Source: Mobula hypostoma
Taxonomy: Eukaryota
Length of the DNA: 64,000 bases
Direction of reading: 5' to 3'
Assembly (NCBI RefSeq): GCF_963921235.1
Contig: NC_086108.1
Location: forward strand, 113,462,001 to 113,526,000
The position numbers and the translations under genes were made by a program. Below are positions 13,570 through 25,299 of this stretch, in pieces. The notes under the pieces were generated by a model. That model worked only from the letters and a program-made list of their open reading frames with translations, had not been told where the DNA came from and ran no database searches. Numbering within the stretch: position 1 is the first letter of the stretch; each line of letters opens with the position of its first letter.

Positions 13570-13649
13570 GATGGAGACATAATGTAAAGATTTTTACTCC
13601 TCATGTATGTGAAAGATGTAAGAAATAAAGTCAATTCAATTCGATTCAA
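13570..13649 (+). mobile_element. Rex1/Babar 3'-tail fragment
   Basis: Matches the 3' end of the Rex copy at 56445-56515 (GATTTTTACTCCTCATG...AATAAA, (ATTCA)n tail). Confidence 0.7.
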
Positions 13650-15117
13650 AAAGACTACCGTCAGAGAGAAACCTAACCTTAGAACGGGCATTGACCATTG
13701 CAGTATCGTTAGAGAAAAAGAGGTTAGATTCTGAAATGCGCAAAATGGTGCAAAAAGTCAAAGGTGTCATTGATTTGGCAAATCCTCCCATCATGCGAAT
13801 GACTGTTGGTTGAAAGAAAAAGTTTGCAGAGAGTGTCACAGACAAGATCACATAGGGAGAGTGGGCAAGCTGGACAAAAAGCACAACCGAAGAGAAAATG
13901 CACAGACGGGGTGAAAACTTTCACACCAGGCAAATGCACAGTGACCAAATGTGAGACAGACAACACAGACTCTGACAGGGTGAACTGTCATGCTTAGAAC
14001 TGCATGGTATTACAGAAGCAGATCACAAAATCACCTGGATCACAACAGATGAAAATGGAGCTGGGTACAGGGTCAACTTTGTCTATAATTTCAGAAGCTG
14101 ACTACGACAGACCGTTTTCTAAGTCACCAATTGGAACAGACTTTGGTGCTGCTAAAGACCCACACAGGTGAAAAGGGGTCTCCCAAAGGCAGACTGAAAA
14201 ATGAATCTGATGTATGGAGGCCAAACACAGCAGTCAGAGCTTTGTGTATTGAAAAGAGAAGGGCTGGCACTTGTCAGATGTGAATGGTTGAGAAAAATCC
14301 AACCAGACCGGCACTCAATCAAAGCTGGCAGTGTGGCATCAACAGGCAATGGCAGACCAAATGGTAACACTAACCAGAGACTGGCACAGCTGCTTAATGC
14401 TAATGAGAAGGTGTTTGAGAAGCAGATTGGTACACTCAAAGGCATGATAGTAATAATTGAACTGGATGAAGAAACAACACCAAGATTTCATAAAGTGCGT
14501 CCAGTGCTTTATGCACTACATCCTAAAATGGATGCTGAACTTCAGAACTTGGAGGTGTCTGGAATTCTCTCCAAGACTGAATGGAGTGATTGGGCCTGCC
14601 CATTGTTCCCATAACCAAGAACAAGGAGGATGGAGCCGCTCACTAGGGATTTCAAAAGAACTTGAACCCAAGTGCTGTGTATGGTGCAGAATCCATTGCC
14701 ATGAATCTTTGCACCTTTGGCAGGCGGGGAGAGATTTACAAAGATTGACTGTTTGCAAACTTATCAGCAAATGTAGACTGAGGAGTCAAGCAGGAAGTTC
14801 CTCATAATCAACACTCATAAGGAACTGTTCCAGTATAATCGTCTCGTTTTTGGTGTCGCGTCAGCTCCAGCTATTAGGCAAAGAGCAATGGACTAAGTGC
14901 TCGAAGATATCCCAGGAAAACAATGTTACCTTGATGACAATATTGAGACTGGCAAGAATGATGAAGAGCAGCTCCAGAGTCTTGGTAAAGTGCTTACCAT
15001 GCTGAGTGAGTATGGTCTGTGCGTAAAGGGAGGCAAATGTGAGTTTTTCAAGAATGAGATCTCATATCGTGGACATGTCATCGGCAAACATGGCTTACAT
15101 AAGTCATAACAAAAGAT
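13646..15117 (+). mobile_element. Degraded Gypsy gag C-terminus, protease region and RT
   Basis: NLTLERALTIAVS, PRFHKVRPVLYAL, SDWACP, CYLDDNIETG, KCEFFKNEISYRGHVI; many stops and frameshifts. Confidence 0.85.
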
Positions 15118-15930
15118 GGATCTGAATGTCTGCTTTCATATTTCATCTTTTCCCTCCTAATGATTCTTTTAGTTGCTCCCTATAGGTTTTTAAAAGCTTC
15201 CCAATCCTTTATCTTCCCACTAATTTTTGCTTTGTTGTATGCCTTCTCTTTTGCTTTTACATTAGCTTTTCTTCCCTTGACAGTCACAATTCTAATATTT
15301 TGCCATTAGAGTATTTCTTCGTTTTTGGAATACATCTACTTTCTGAGAAACTCATGCCATTGCTGCTCTGCTGTCATCCCTGCCAGCATCTCCTTCCAAT
15401 TTACTTTGGGCAACTCCTCTCTCATTGCACTGCAATTTCCCTTAATCCACTGAAATACTGCTATGTTATACTTTACTTTCTCCCTATCAAATTTCAAGTT
15501 GAACTCAATCATATTATGATCACTGCCTCCTAAGGGTTCTTTTACCTTAAGCTCCATAATCACTTCTGGTTCATTAGGCCACACCCAATCCAGTATAGCT
15601 GATCCCCTAGTAGGCTCAATGCCAAACTGCTCTAAAAAGCCATCTCAGAGGCATTCAACAAATTCATTCTCTTGAGATCCATTACCAGCCTGATTTTCCC
15701 AGTCAACTTGCATGTTAAAATCTCCTATGACTATCATAACATTGCTCCTTTTACATGCCTTTTCTATTTCCCATTGTAATCTGGGGTCCACATCCCAGCT
15801 ACTGTTAGGAGGCCTGTATATAACTGCCATCAGGGTCCTTTTACCCTTGCAGTTTTTTAACTCAACCCACAAGGATTCAACATCTTCCAATCCTATGTCA
15901 CATCTTTCTACTGATTTGATGCCATTCTTT

Positions 15931-16154
15931 ATGTTGATTTCGATGGAAGTGACCAACAACTCTGGAAGAGGCAGATGCCAAGTTTTTAAGCTCACCAGTG
16001 GGAGATGGTGCTTTAGCACTGCTGGCCCACCACCTCGAGGGAGTCTTGATCATAAGCGGGCCGAAACTCCTGAAGACAGGTGGCAGATCAACTGATGATC
16101 CCACTGGTGATAGCACAGGACAGTTAACATCTTAGTCCACGTGTATTTTTAACT
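15931..16154 (+). mobile_element. Short non-CR1 insert; possibly the 3' end of an RLE-type (Hero-like) non-LTR element
   Basis: Interrupts contiguous CR1 sequence (..GCCATTCTTT|..CAGCAGAGCCATGCC); one frame reads SDQQLWKRQMPSF*, resembling the WLW.KR end of Hero-type ORFs; followed by a structured UTR. Confidence 0.45.
16030..16110 (+). ncRNA. Candidate hammerhead ribozyme, non-circular (pseudoknotted) permutation
   Basis: GGAG-UC-UUGAUC (16040-16051), GAAA-CUCC (16063-16070), GAUCAA-CUGAUGA (16086-16098); stems I and III perfectly complementary, stem II imperfect. Confidence 0.65.
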
Positions 16155-16680
16155 CAGCAGAGCCATGCCAGCCCCTCTGCGTACCTTCCTATCCCTCTGA
16201 TACAACGTGTAACCTTGGACATTCAGCTCCTAATACAGCCATCCTTCAGCCACGATTCAGTGATGGCCACAACATCCTACCTGATAATCTCTAATAATGG
16301 AAAAAAGATCATCCACCTTATTTCTTATGCTCTGTGCACCACTGAGTACTGTATTTGCTACCCTTTTTGATTCTGCATCCCCACTGCACTGATACTCACC
16401 CTGCTGGCTGCAATTTTGTCCTTATCATCTGCCTGCCCTTCCTGACAGTCTGACTGCATGCTATCTTGGCTTTTTTACCATCCGTCCTATCCTGAGTCCC
16501 TTCACTCCAGTTCCCATCTCCTTGCCAAATGAGATTAAACCCTCCCCAGTAGCTCTAACAAACCTGTCCACAAGAATATTGGTTCCCTAAGGTTCAGGTG
16601 CAACCCGTCACTTTTGTGCATGTCATATCTGCCTCAGAAGAGATCCCAGTGATCTAAGTACCTGAAGCCCTGCCCCCAGG

Positions 16681-17465
16681 AAGTGATAATCATGCACTAG
16701 GACTTTCTGTCCAACCTCAAAGCTCCTTGCAAATAAACTTGTCAACTGGTTGAATTGTTTATTCTGCCCTTTCCTCCGTAGGTCTGGTTTCGGGAGGTCT
16801 ATGCGAGATCTCAGATTCCTGCTCATGAACAGCATTACAGGTGTTTGATTTGTCATCACATGAACAAAGTTCCAATATACAAAAAGGAAATTGTCCACCT
16901 TATGCTGCAGAGAAATGTCCTCCTAGTTCATGGCATCAATGGATTTGTTGAATGTTTGGATAAACCTTTCAGCTAACCCATTCATTGCCGGGTGGTGAGG
17001 AGCTGACTTGAAATGTCCAATGACAATTTTCTTCATGAACAGTTGGAATTCTTCTGATGTGTATTGTGGTCCGTAGTCACTCACAATTTGTTCAGGTAAG
17101 CCATTTCTGGTGAAGATAGTCCTCAGGGCAGAGACAGTCTTTGCTGAGGTGGTTGACTTCATTGGCATGACCTTCGATCACTTCAAAGGAACATCCACAG
17201 CAATCAGAAACATGGAGTCCATGAAGGACCCAGCAAAATCTCTTTGCCATGGTAATAATGGCCACTCACAAGGGGGTGCATTTTGAACTTCTTGGCATCC
17301 CGAACAGCTTCTGCCCAAGTCTTCAATCTGTTTACCTATTCCCAGCCACCACAAGACTCTTTATCTTGACTGCATCAAGGTGTCCTTCGTGTAAATTCTC
17401 TAACACTCCAGTATGCAGTTTTGAGGGAACCACAACACGGGATCCACACAATAGCGCTCTTTGAC
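16681..17465 (-). mobile_element. Gypsy integrase remnant (zinc-binding region, rve core, C-terminal part)
   Basis: GLPEQIVSDYGPQYTSEEF, HPAMNGLAERFIQTF, TPVMLFMSRNLRSRIDL, RSFEVGQKVLV. Confidence 0.9.
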
Positions 17466-18136
17466 AGAATGTTCTTCACATAGATGAAGAAGTTCTCAAA
17501 TAGCAGGCAAAGGCAACCGTGACTGACAAAGGAAGTTAAGGACTGCATAAAAGCCAAGGAAAGGCAAGGAAAGGGCATATAAGTGGCAAAAATGAGTGAG
17601 AAGTTAGATGATTTGAAGCTTTTAAAATCCAACAAAAGGCAACTAAAAAAGCTATAAGAAGGGAAAAGATTAAATATGAGGGCAAACTAGCCAATAATGT
17701 AAAGCAGGATACCAAAAGTTTTTTTTCAGATGGAAGTGGACAGTTTTCTGATTGGTCGGGGCATCAAAGGGTATGGCGCGAAGGCAGGTATATGGGTTTG
17801 AGTGGGATCTGGGATCAGCCATGACTGAATGGTGGAGTGGACTCCATGGCCTGAATGGCCTAATTCTGCTCCAATGTTTTATGGTCCTATGGACTGGTGG
17901 GCAAGTTTGTGGAGTGGTGTGGAAGGAGACACCTGTTCCTGAATGTGGCCAAAACCAAGGATACGGTGACTGGTTATAGGAGGAAGAGGACTGTGATGAG
18001 TCCTGCATACATTCTGGGAGAAGAGGTTGTGGTGATGGAGGAGTACAAATACTTGGGTGTTCACCTCAACAACGGACTTGACTGGAAACCAACACCAAGG
18101 CTGTATACAAGAAGGGGATGAGCAGAGTCTATTTTA

Positions 18137-18948
18137 GAACATAGAGCATAGAACATAGAAATCTACAGCACATTACAGGCCCTTCGGCCCACAATGTTGT
18201 GACAACCATGTAGCCTACTCTAGAAACTGCCGAGAATTTCCCTACCACATAGCCCTCTATCTAAGAGTCTGTTAAAAGACCCTATTGTATCCACCTCTAC
18301 TACCTTCACTGGTAGTGCCTTCAACACACCCACCACTCTCTGTGTGAAAAACTTACCTCTGACATCCCCCTTGTACCTACTTCCAAGCAGCTTAAAACTA
18401 TGCCTTGTGTTAGCCATTTGAACCCTGGGAAAAAGCCTCTGACTATCCACACGATCAATGCCTCTCATTATCTTATACACCTCTATCAGGTCACCTCTCA
18501 TCCTCCGAAACACAAGGAAATCTGCAGATGCTGGAATTTCAAGCAACACACATAAAAATTGCTGGTGAACGCAGCAGGCCAGGCAGCATCTATAGGAAGA
18601 GGTACAGTCAACGTTACCTCTTCTTATAGATGCTGTCTGGCCTGCTGCATTCACCAGCAATTTTTATGTGTGTTACCTCTCATCCTCCGTCGCTCCGAGG
18701 AGAAAAGGCTGAGTTCACTCAACCTATTCTCATAAGGCATGCTCCCCAATCCAGGCAACATCCTTGTAAATCTCCTCTGCACCCTTTCTATAGTTTCCAC
18801 ATCCTTCCTGTAGTGAGGTGACCAGAACTGAGCATAGTACTCCAAATGGGGTCTAATTAAGGTCTTATATAGCTGCAACATTACCTCATGGCTCTTGAGC
18901 TCAATCCCACGGTTGATGAAGGCCAACACACCATACACCTTCTTAACG
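18137..18948 (-). mobile_element. CR1 3' fragment nested in Rex
   Basis: IRPHLEYYAQFWSPHYRKD, RRMRGDLIEVYKI; TTCTATG tail. Confidence 0.92.
18508..18674. mobile_element. 167-bp fold-back Penelope-derived insertion with 15-bp TSD
   Basis: ACCTCTCATCCTCCG duplicated at 18493-18507 and 18675-18689; 60-bp inverted arms; sequence matches the Penelope terminus at 33870-33970. Confidence 0.85.
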
Positions 18949-20020
18949 ACAGGAAGCTGAGATCCTTCAATGTGTGCAGCAGGATGTTGGAGATTTTTTA
19001 CCAGTCTGTTGTAGTGAGTGCAGTCTCCTTTGCTGTTTTACGTTGGGGGAGCAGCATTAGAACTGGTGATGCAAAAAGACTAAATAAACTCATCAGAAAG
19101 GCTAGATTCATCCTTGGGTACAACCTGGACATTTCTGAGTTATTGGCGGAGAGGAGGTCACTAAACAAGCTGTTATCCATCATGAACATTGGCACAGCCT
19201 CTCCATGACCTACTGAGTAAGTAGCAGAGCACCCTTTCAAACATTCTCATTCAACTCCGCTCTCACAAGGATTGTGACAGAAAATCTTTAGTACTATAGT
19301 CTCTGTTCCATTATTTTGTACATTATTATTGCACCTTATTGAACATAGGTAAATTATTATTGTGTATATCATTATTCTGTACTTTATTATTAGTTAAGTC
19401 TGCACACAGCTAAGTGTGTTTTTAAATGTTGCTGCTGTAACGAAAGGAATTCCCATGGGATCAATAAAGTATTTATTGTTATTGTTATTATTATTCTTGC
19501 AAACTTCTAATGAAGTAAATGCACTACTATGCTTTCTTCATGATTGCACTTGCGTGCTGGGCCCAGGACAGATCCTCTGAAATGGTAACAATGAGGAATT
19601 TGAAGTTGCTGACCCTCTCCACCTCTGATCCCCCAGTGAGGGCTGCCTTATGGACCTCCGCTTTCCTCCTCCTGAAGTCAGTAATTAGCTCCTTGGTCTT
19701 GCTGGCACTGAGTAAGAGGTTGTTGTTGTGGCACTACTCAGCCCATTAACTCCCCCTTCCCTACCCCACCCATGTTTCTTCCTTCACCCACACGTTTGAG
19801 GATACACATGTAGACGCAAGACACAGCAGATACTGGAATCTGGAGCAACAACCAGACTGGTGGAGGAACTCAGTGGGTGGAGCAGCATCTGTGGACAGGT
19901 GATATTTGGGGTCAAGTCTCTTGACAATTGTTAGATACAGAATCTGGTTCATTATCACTGTCTAATACAATCCGAAATTTGTTGTTTTGCAGCCACAGTA
20001 CAGTGCAAAGAGATAAAATA

Positions 20021-21836
20021 CACGGGCAAAATACCTGGACACTTCTGTGACTCAGGTGACACCAGACCAATGTGGCAGGGAATTAAAGCTCTGACAGACT
20101 ACAAGATCAGGCAGAAAACTGATGACAGCGACACCTCTCTACCAGACAGGCTTAACAACTTCTTTGCCCACTTCGAAGCATCAAACACTACAGCAAGGGG
20201 GAGAGCCAGTCCCTTTTTACCATCTGACCAGCTGGCTCCAATCATTGATCCAGAGCAGACACAGAGGACCCTTGCCAGGGTCAACCCACGAAAAGCAGGA
20301 GGTCCCTGGACGTGTGCTCAAGGAATGTGCTGATGTATTAGCAGATGTCCTGACAGACATTTTCAACATCTCCCTTAGTCAAGCTATTGTCCCCAGATGC
20401 TTCAAAACCTCCACAATCACCCCTGTAGCAAAGAGATCAGTTGTAGCCTGTCTGAATAATTACCGTCCCGTTGCCCTGACCCCCATAGTGATGAAATGTT
20501 TTGAACGGCTTGTCAAGCCTCTTATCACAGCCAGCCTCCCCTCATCACTGGATCCTCTACAGTTTGCTTATCATCCAAATCACTCTACGGAGGATGCAAT
20601 ATCCACCACACTGCACACAGTTCTCTCTCACTTGGACAACAAAGACACTTATGTCAGAATCCTGTACATTGATTTCAGTTCAGCGTTCAATACCATCATC
20701 CCGCAGAGGCTAGTGGAGAAACTGTCGCTGCTTGGCCTTAGCACTGCCATGTGTCGCTGGATTCTGGATTTCTGGACAGAGAGACCACAGTCAGTCTGTG
20801 TTGGCAGGAACATCTCTGACTCCATCACACTGAGCACTGGATCCCCACAAGGCTGTGTGCTTAGCCCATTGCTGTTTACACTGCTAACACATGACTGTCC
20901 AGCCATATTCAAGGAGAACCTGATCATTAAATTTGCTGATGATACCACAGTGGTGGGGCTCATCAGCAAAAATGATGAAACTATGTACAGGGGGGAGGTC
21001 AAACACCTAGAGAGCTGGTGCAGGGATAACAACTTGATGCTTAATGTCACAAAACCAAGGAGATGATCGTCGATTTCAGACGGTCTCAGCCTGAGCACAC
21101 ACCCCTCAGCATCAGCGGCTCCACAGTGGAGAGAGTGGAAAACATCAAGTTTCTTGGGGTGCAGATCTCGGACAATCTCACCTGGTCCAGGAACACCACT
21201 GGGATTGTGAAACGGGCCCAGCAGAGATTGCACTTTCTGAGGAAGCTTAAACAAGCATCACTCCCCACTAACATCTTAACTACATTCTACAGAGGTGTGG
21301 TTGAGAGTGTGCTGACCTTTTGCATCACAACCTGGCACTCCAGCTGCAGTGCTGTCGACAAGAAAGCCTTGCAGAGGGTGGTTAGGGGAGCAGAGAAGGT
21401 TATTGGGGTCTCCCTACCTTCTGTCCAAGACCTCTTTCAGAGTCGATACCTCCAGAAGACACAATACATCATTAAAGACCCTTCACACCCTATCCATGAA
21501 CTGTTTGTTCTTCTGCCATCAGGCAAACGTTACAGGAGCATCAAAACTAAAACCACAAGGCTACTAAACAGCTTCCTCCCACAGGCAGTCAGACTGCTAA
21601 ATAGCTGCTCCACCTGACTCTGCTTCGGACACTTTTAACTTGCACTGGACACTTATAACTGATTTAACTGACATGTGGCTGTTGTGTTTTACTATTTATT
21701 GTTATGTTTATTATTTAGTGTTGCATTTGTTATGTTATGATTGCACTGCCCCTGAGAAACGCTGTCTCATTCTGCCCTGCAGAGCTGATGTACGGTTAGA
21801 ATGACAATAAAGTTTTTTGAATCTTGAATCTTGAAT
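20021..21836 (+). mobile_element. Rex1/Babar LINE, 5'-truncated, RT nearly intact
   Basis: [59 protein letters not shown] and (ATCTTGA)n tail. Confidence 0.95.
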
Positions 21837-22728
21837 AAATTACAAAATATACAGTATAAATAGTCCAAAAAAGGAAATAACAAGGGAATGTTCATGGGTT
21901 CCTTGTGCATTGAGAAATCTGATGGTGGAGGGGAAGATGCTCTTTCTGAAACATCGAGTGTGTCTTCAGACTTCTGTACCTCCTCCTTGATGGTAGCAAT
22001 GAGAAGACAGCATGTCCTGGATGATAAGGGTTAATTTCTCCCCACAAATGCTTCCTGACCCATCAAGTTCTTTCATCTATTTGTTTGTTGCAGGCGACAT
22101 ATGCATGTCAAAAACATAGAACATTACAGCACAGTACAGACCCTTCAGCTCAATGTTGTACTGACTGTTTAACCTACTCTAAGATCAAATTAATCCTTCC
22201 TTCCCACATAGTTTCAATTTTTCTATCATCCATGCGCCTATCTAAGAGTTTCTTAAATGCCCCTAATGTATCTGTGTCTACCTCCATGCTGGCAAAGCAT
22301 TTCACACACGCACTAGCCTCCATTAAAAACCTACCTCTTCCTACCCCGATCAGATTTCTGACTATATCACGAACCTTATTAGAATGTGGAGTCCAACTAC
22401 TAACGCTCTCCGAGATCAACCTTAATCTCCAAATAGCGTCCCTTTTTCTATCATCTGTGTGCCAGTCCAGGAGTTTCTCAAATGTCCCTGATGGTTCTAC
22501 CTCTACCACTGCCCCAGGTTGTTCCACACACTCACCACACCCTGAGAAAAAGTCTCTGGCTGTCCACTTTATCTACGTCTGTTATCACCTTGTACACTTC
22601 GAACAAGACAGAAGTCCAGCTGGGACAGATTTCAGCCATTAATTCAACTTTAAGTTTGTTATTTCTGGCTGCAAGCCACACAGTACCCACGGCTGTCATC
22701 CCAGTTCGTTTCTGAGAGCCCTGTCCGA

Positions 22729-22811
22729 TCAGCACGGCTGTCTGATGACAGGTAGCATCTTTTCTCGCAGGAGGTACGAAAACTTCAGTGGTACGGAGTC
22801 CGTCTCAGTCT
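22729..22811 (-). CDS. Candidate terminal coding exon of an unidentified host gene: (E)TETDSVPLKFSYLLREKMLPVIRQPC*
   Basis: No recognised repeat, retains CpGs; acceptor tgtgttgcag; open phase-1 frame to TGA. Confidence 0.4.
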
Positions 22812-23351
22812 CTGCAACACATTTTCTAACTTAAATGTCTTGGAAACTCCACTGCACATTTTAAGATAGCAGCATCATCCCTTCTTCATTTTATTTACCT
22901 CCAGATACAGCAGAGTAACGGGTCCTTCTGTCCCAGTGAGGCCAGGCTGCCCAATTCCACCCTGGTGACCATGTAACCTACTTACCCCTTTGTCCTGTGT
23001 GAGGAAACCAAAACACACGCGGTTACGGGGAGAACATACACACTGCTTCCAGACAGTGGTGGGAGCTGTGTCACTGGTGCTGGTGCTAACCATTACACTA
23101 TCTACTGCGTTGGTTGTTGACGCTCCTGATGTAACCGGTGTTTCTTGATCTGCCATTTGAAAGATGATCCTTTCACCTTCCAGAATAAACTGTGGCATTT
23201 CAAACTACTTTGTTGTTTGAGTGCTAATCATGGATTTTAAATGCTTGCCTTTTAAACATTAGACTTTTATAACATTTTAATTATGACCTAGTTAAACAGC
23301 ATGTAACAGACAGAGCAAGACAACCTCACAACCAACGGGTCAGAATACAGA

Positions 23352-23982
23352 TCCTTATCGTCTTCAGCTCGTCGGATGATTGCATTTGTTACATTAATGG
23401 CTAGAAGATCCATTTTATTGAATTGGAAAGAGACCAATCCCTCTACTATATTTCAATGGTTTTCCCAAACTATATCATGTTTAAATTTAGAAAAAATCAG
23501 AAGTGTCACTTTTGATCCTTCGGTTAAATTTGAGGAGACTTGGAGGCCATTTATTCAATACTTTCATATGATGTAGCTTGACCTTTCCCGAATCCTTTTT
23601 ATTAATCTAGAATATATGGATAGAGGAGCTGAGTTAACGACATTAATGATTGTATTCGATGTAACATATTAGCCCAGCCTTGTTCTGTTTTGTTTAGATC
23701 AGTTTTTGGTTCAGTTTAGTTTAGTTTTTTTCTACTTTAGGGTTTTTTTTCCTTGATATATTTTCATTTTTCTTTTTATCATGGTTAATTATATTAAGAG
23801 TTTGGGAGGCCTAATATACTTGTATTACCTGTAGCTTTTACTTGCATATGTCAATTACCAATAATGTAATCCCAAACTCTTTGTATTAGTACTGTTACTT
23901 AACCAATTTCCCTCGGGATCAATAAAGTATGACTATGACTATGTTTATGAATTTGAAAATTATTAAAAAGATTTAAAAAAAA
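23352..23982 (+). mobile_element. L1-clade LINE 3' end
   Basis: ARRSILLNWK...FQWF...LEKIR...FEETWRPF C-terminus, T-rich 3' UTR, A-rich tail. Confidence 0.85.
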
Positions 23983-24574
23983 CACAGCTCCACTCTCCTT
24001 CCACAGCCAGTCAGAAATGGAGGTGGATAATTAAGTCGCTAACAGGGGGGAGAAGAACATTTCAACAATATTTCACAGCCTACACAGTGCTGGAACCCAG
24101 TTTGTGATAGCACAAGGGTTTGCGCGAGGCTTTCTAAAGTCAGCGATCGGGGTTTAATTTCTGCTGTGAAGGGACTAGCCAAATTACAGTAGTGTAGGTT
24201 GACACAGTAACATAGTGGTTAGCTAATGCTTCACAACATCCACGATCAGAGATAGGGGTTCAATATATACCGTTTTCCAAGGAATATGGAACACAGAACA
24301 CTACAGCACAGTATAGGCCCTTGGCGCACAATGTTATAGCAATCTTTTAACCTGCTCTACGATCAATCTAACCCTTCCCTTCTAATTAGTTCTCCATTCT
24401 TCTACCATCCACGTGCCTATCTAAGGGTTTCTTAAATGCCCCTAATGTATCTGCCTCCACCACCATCCCTGGCAGAACATTTTATACACCCATCACTCTC
24501 TGTGTAAGAATGCTACTTCTGGCATTCCCTTTATCTATGCTTCTAATCACTTTACGGAATTTGTACAGTCTCCA

Positions 24575-25031
24575 CGAACACAGGACCGCAAAGCGCTCCA
24601 GCGTGTGGTGAAAACTGCCCAGCAGATTATCGGCACCCGATTGCCCACCATTGAGAACATCTACCATAAACGCTGCCTGGGCAGGTCGAAAAGCATTATC
24701 AAGGATGCATCTCACCCTGACCATGGACCTTTTACTCTCCTCCCATCCGGTAGGCACTACAGGAGCCTCCGCTCCCGCACCAGCAGACACAGGAAGAGCT
24801 TCTTCCCCGAGACTGTGACACTGCCAAACCTCACATCACAGCGCTAAGCAGTATTGCACCCATATTGTACTGTCTCAGTACTTTTATATTTGTGTGCTGT
24901 AGCACTTACTTTTTATTCCCAGTTATTTTGTAAATAACACTATTCTTTGCATTTCTGATCAGATGCTAACTGTATTTCATTGGCTTTGTATCTGTACTCA
25001 GCACACTGACAATAAAGTTGAATCTAATCTG
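24575..25031 (+). mobile_element. Rex1/Babar 3' fragment
   Basis: IIKDASHPDHGPFTLLPSGRHYRSLRSRT; AATAAA and (AATCT)n tail. Confidence 0.85.
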
Positions 25032-25299
25032 ACCATGTGTGTTTCCTCCAGGTGCTCCAGTTTCGTCCCACCTCCCAAAGATGTACAGGTTAGGGTGAGT
25101 AAATTGTGGGCATGCCATGTTGGTGCCAAAAGCATGGTGACACTTGCTGGCTGCCCCCAGCTCACCCTCAGACTGTGTTGGTCACTGACGCAAATGACAC
25201 ACTTCACTGAGGTTTCGATGTAGATGTAACAAATAAAGCTAATATTTTAACTCTTTAAAGACAAGGCTGAAATACTGGTAACCACAGTCCTTCGCAAAA

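Larger units (their letters stand above)
15125..16680 (-). mobile_element. CR1 fragment (ORF1 end, APE, linker), interrupted at ~15931-16154
   Basis: ESLWVEL, YRPPNSS, GDFNMQVDW, GSDHNMIEF in ORFs 15645-16019 and 15336-15584. Confidence 0.9.
17895..19495 (+). mobile_element. Rex1/Babar LINE 3' part, split by a CR1 insertion
   Basis: LNVAKTKD..EYKYLGVHLNN (17897-18121) continues as RKLRSFNVCSRMLEIFYQSVV (~18950-19208); AATAAA and (ATT)n tail. Confidence 0.85.
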
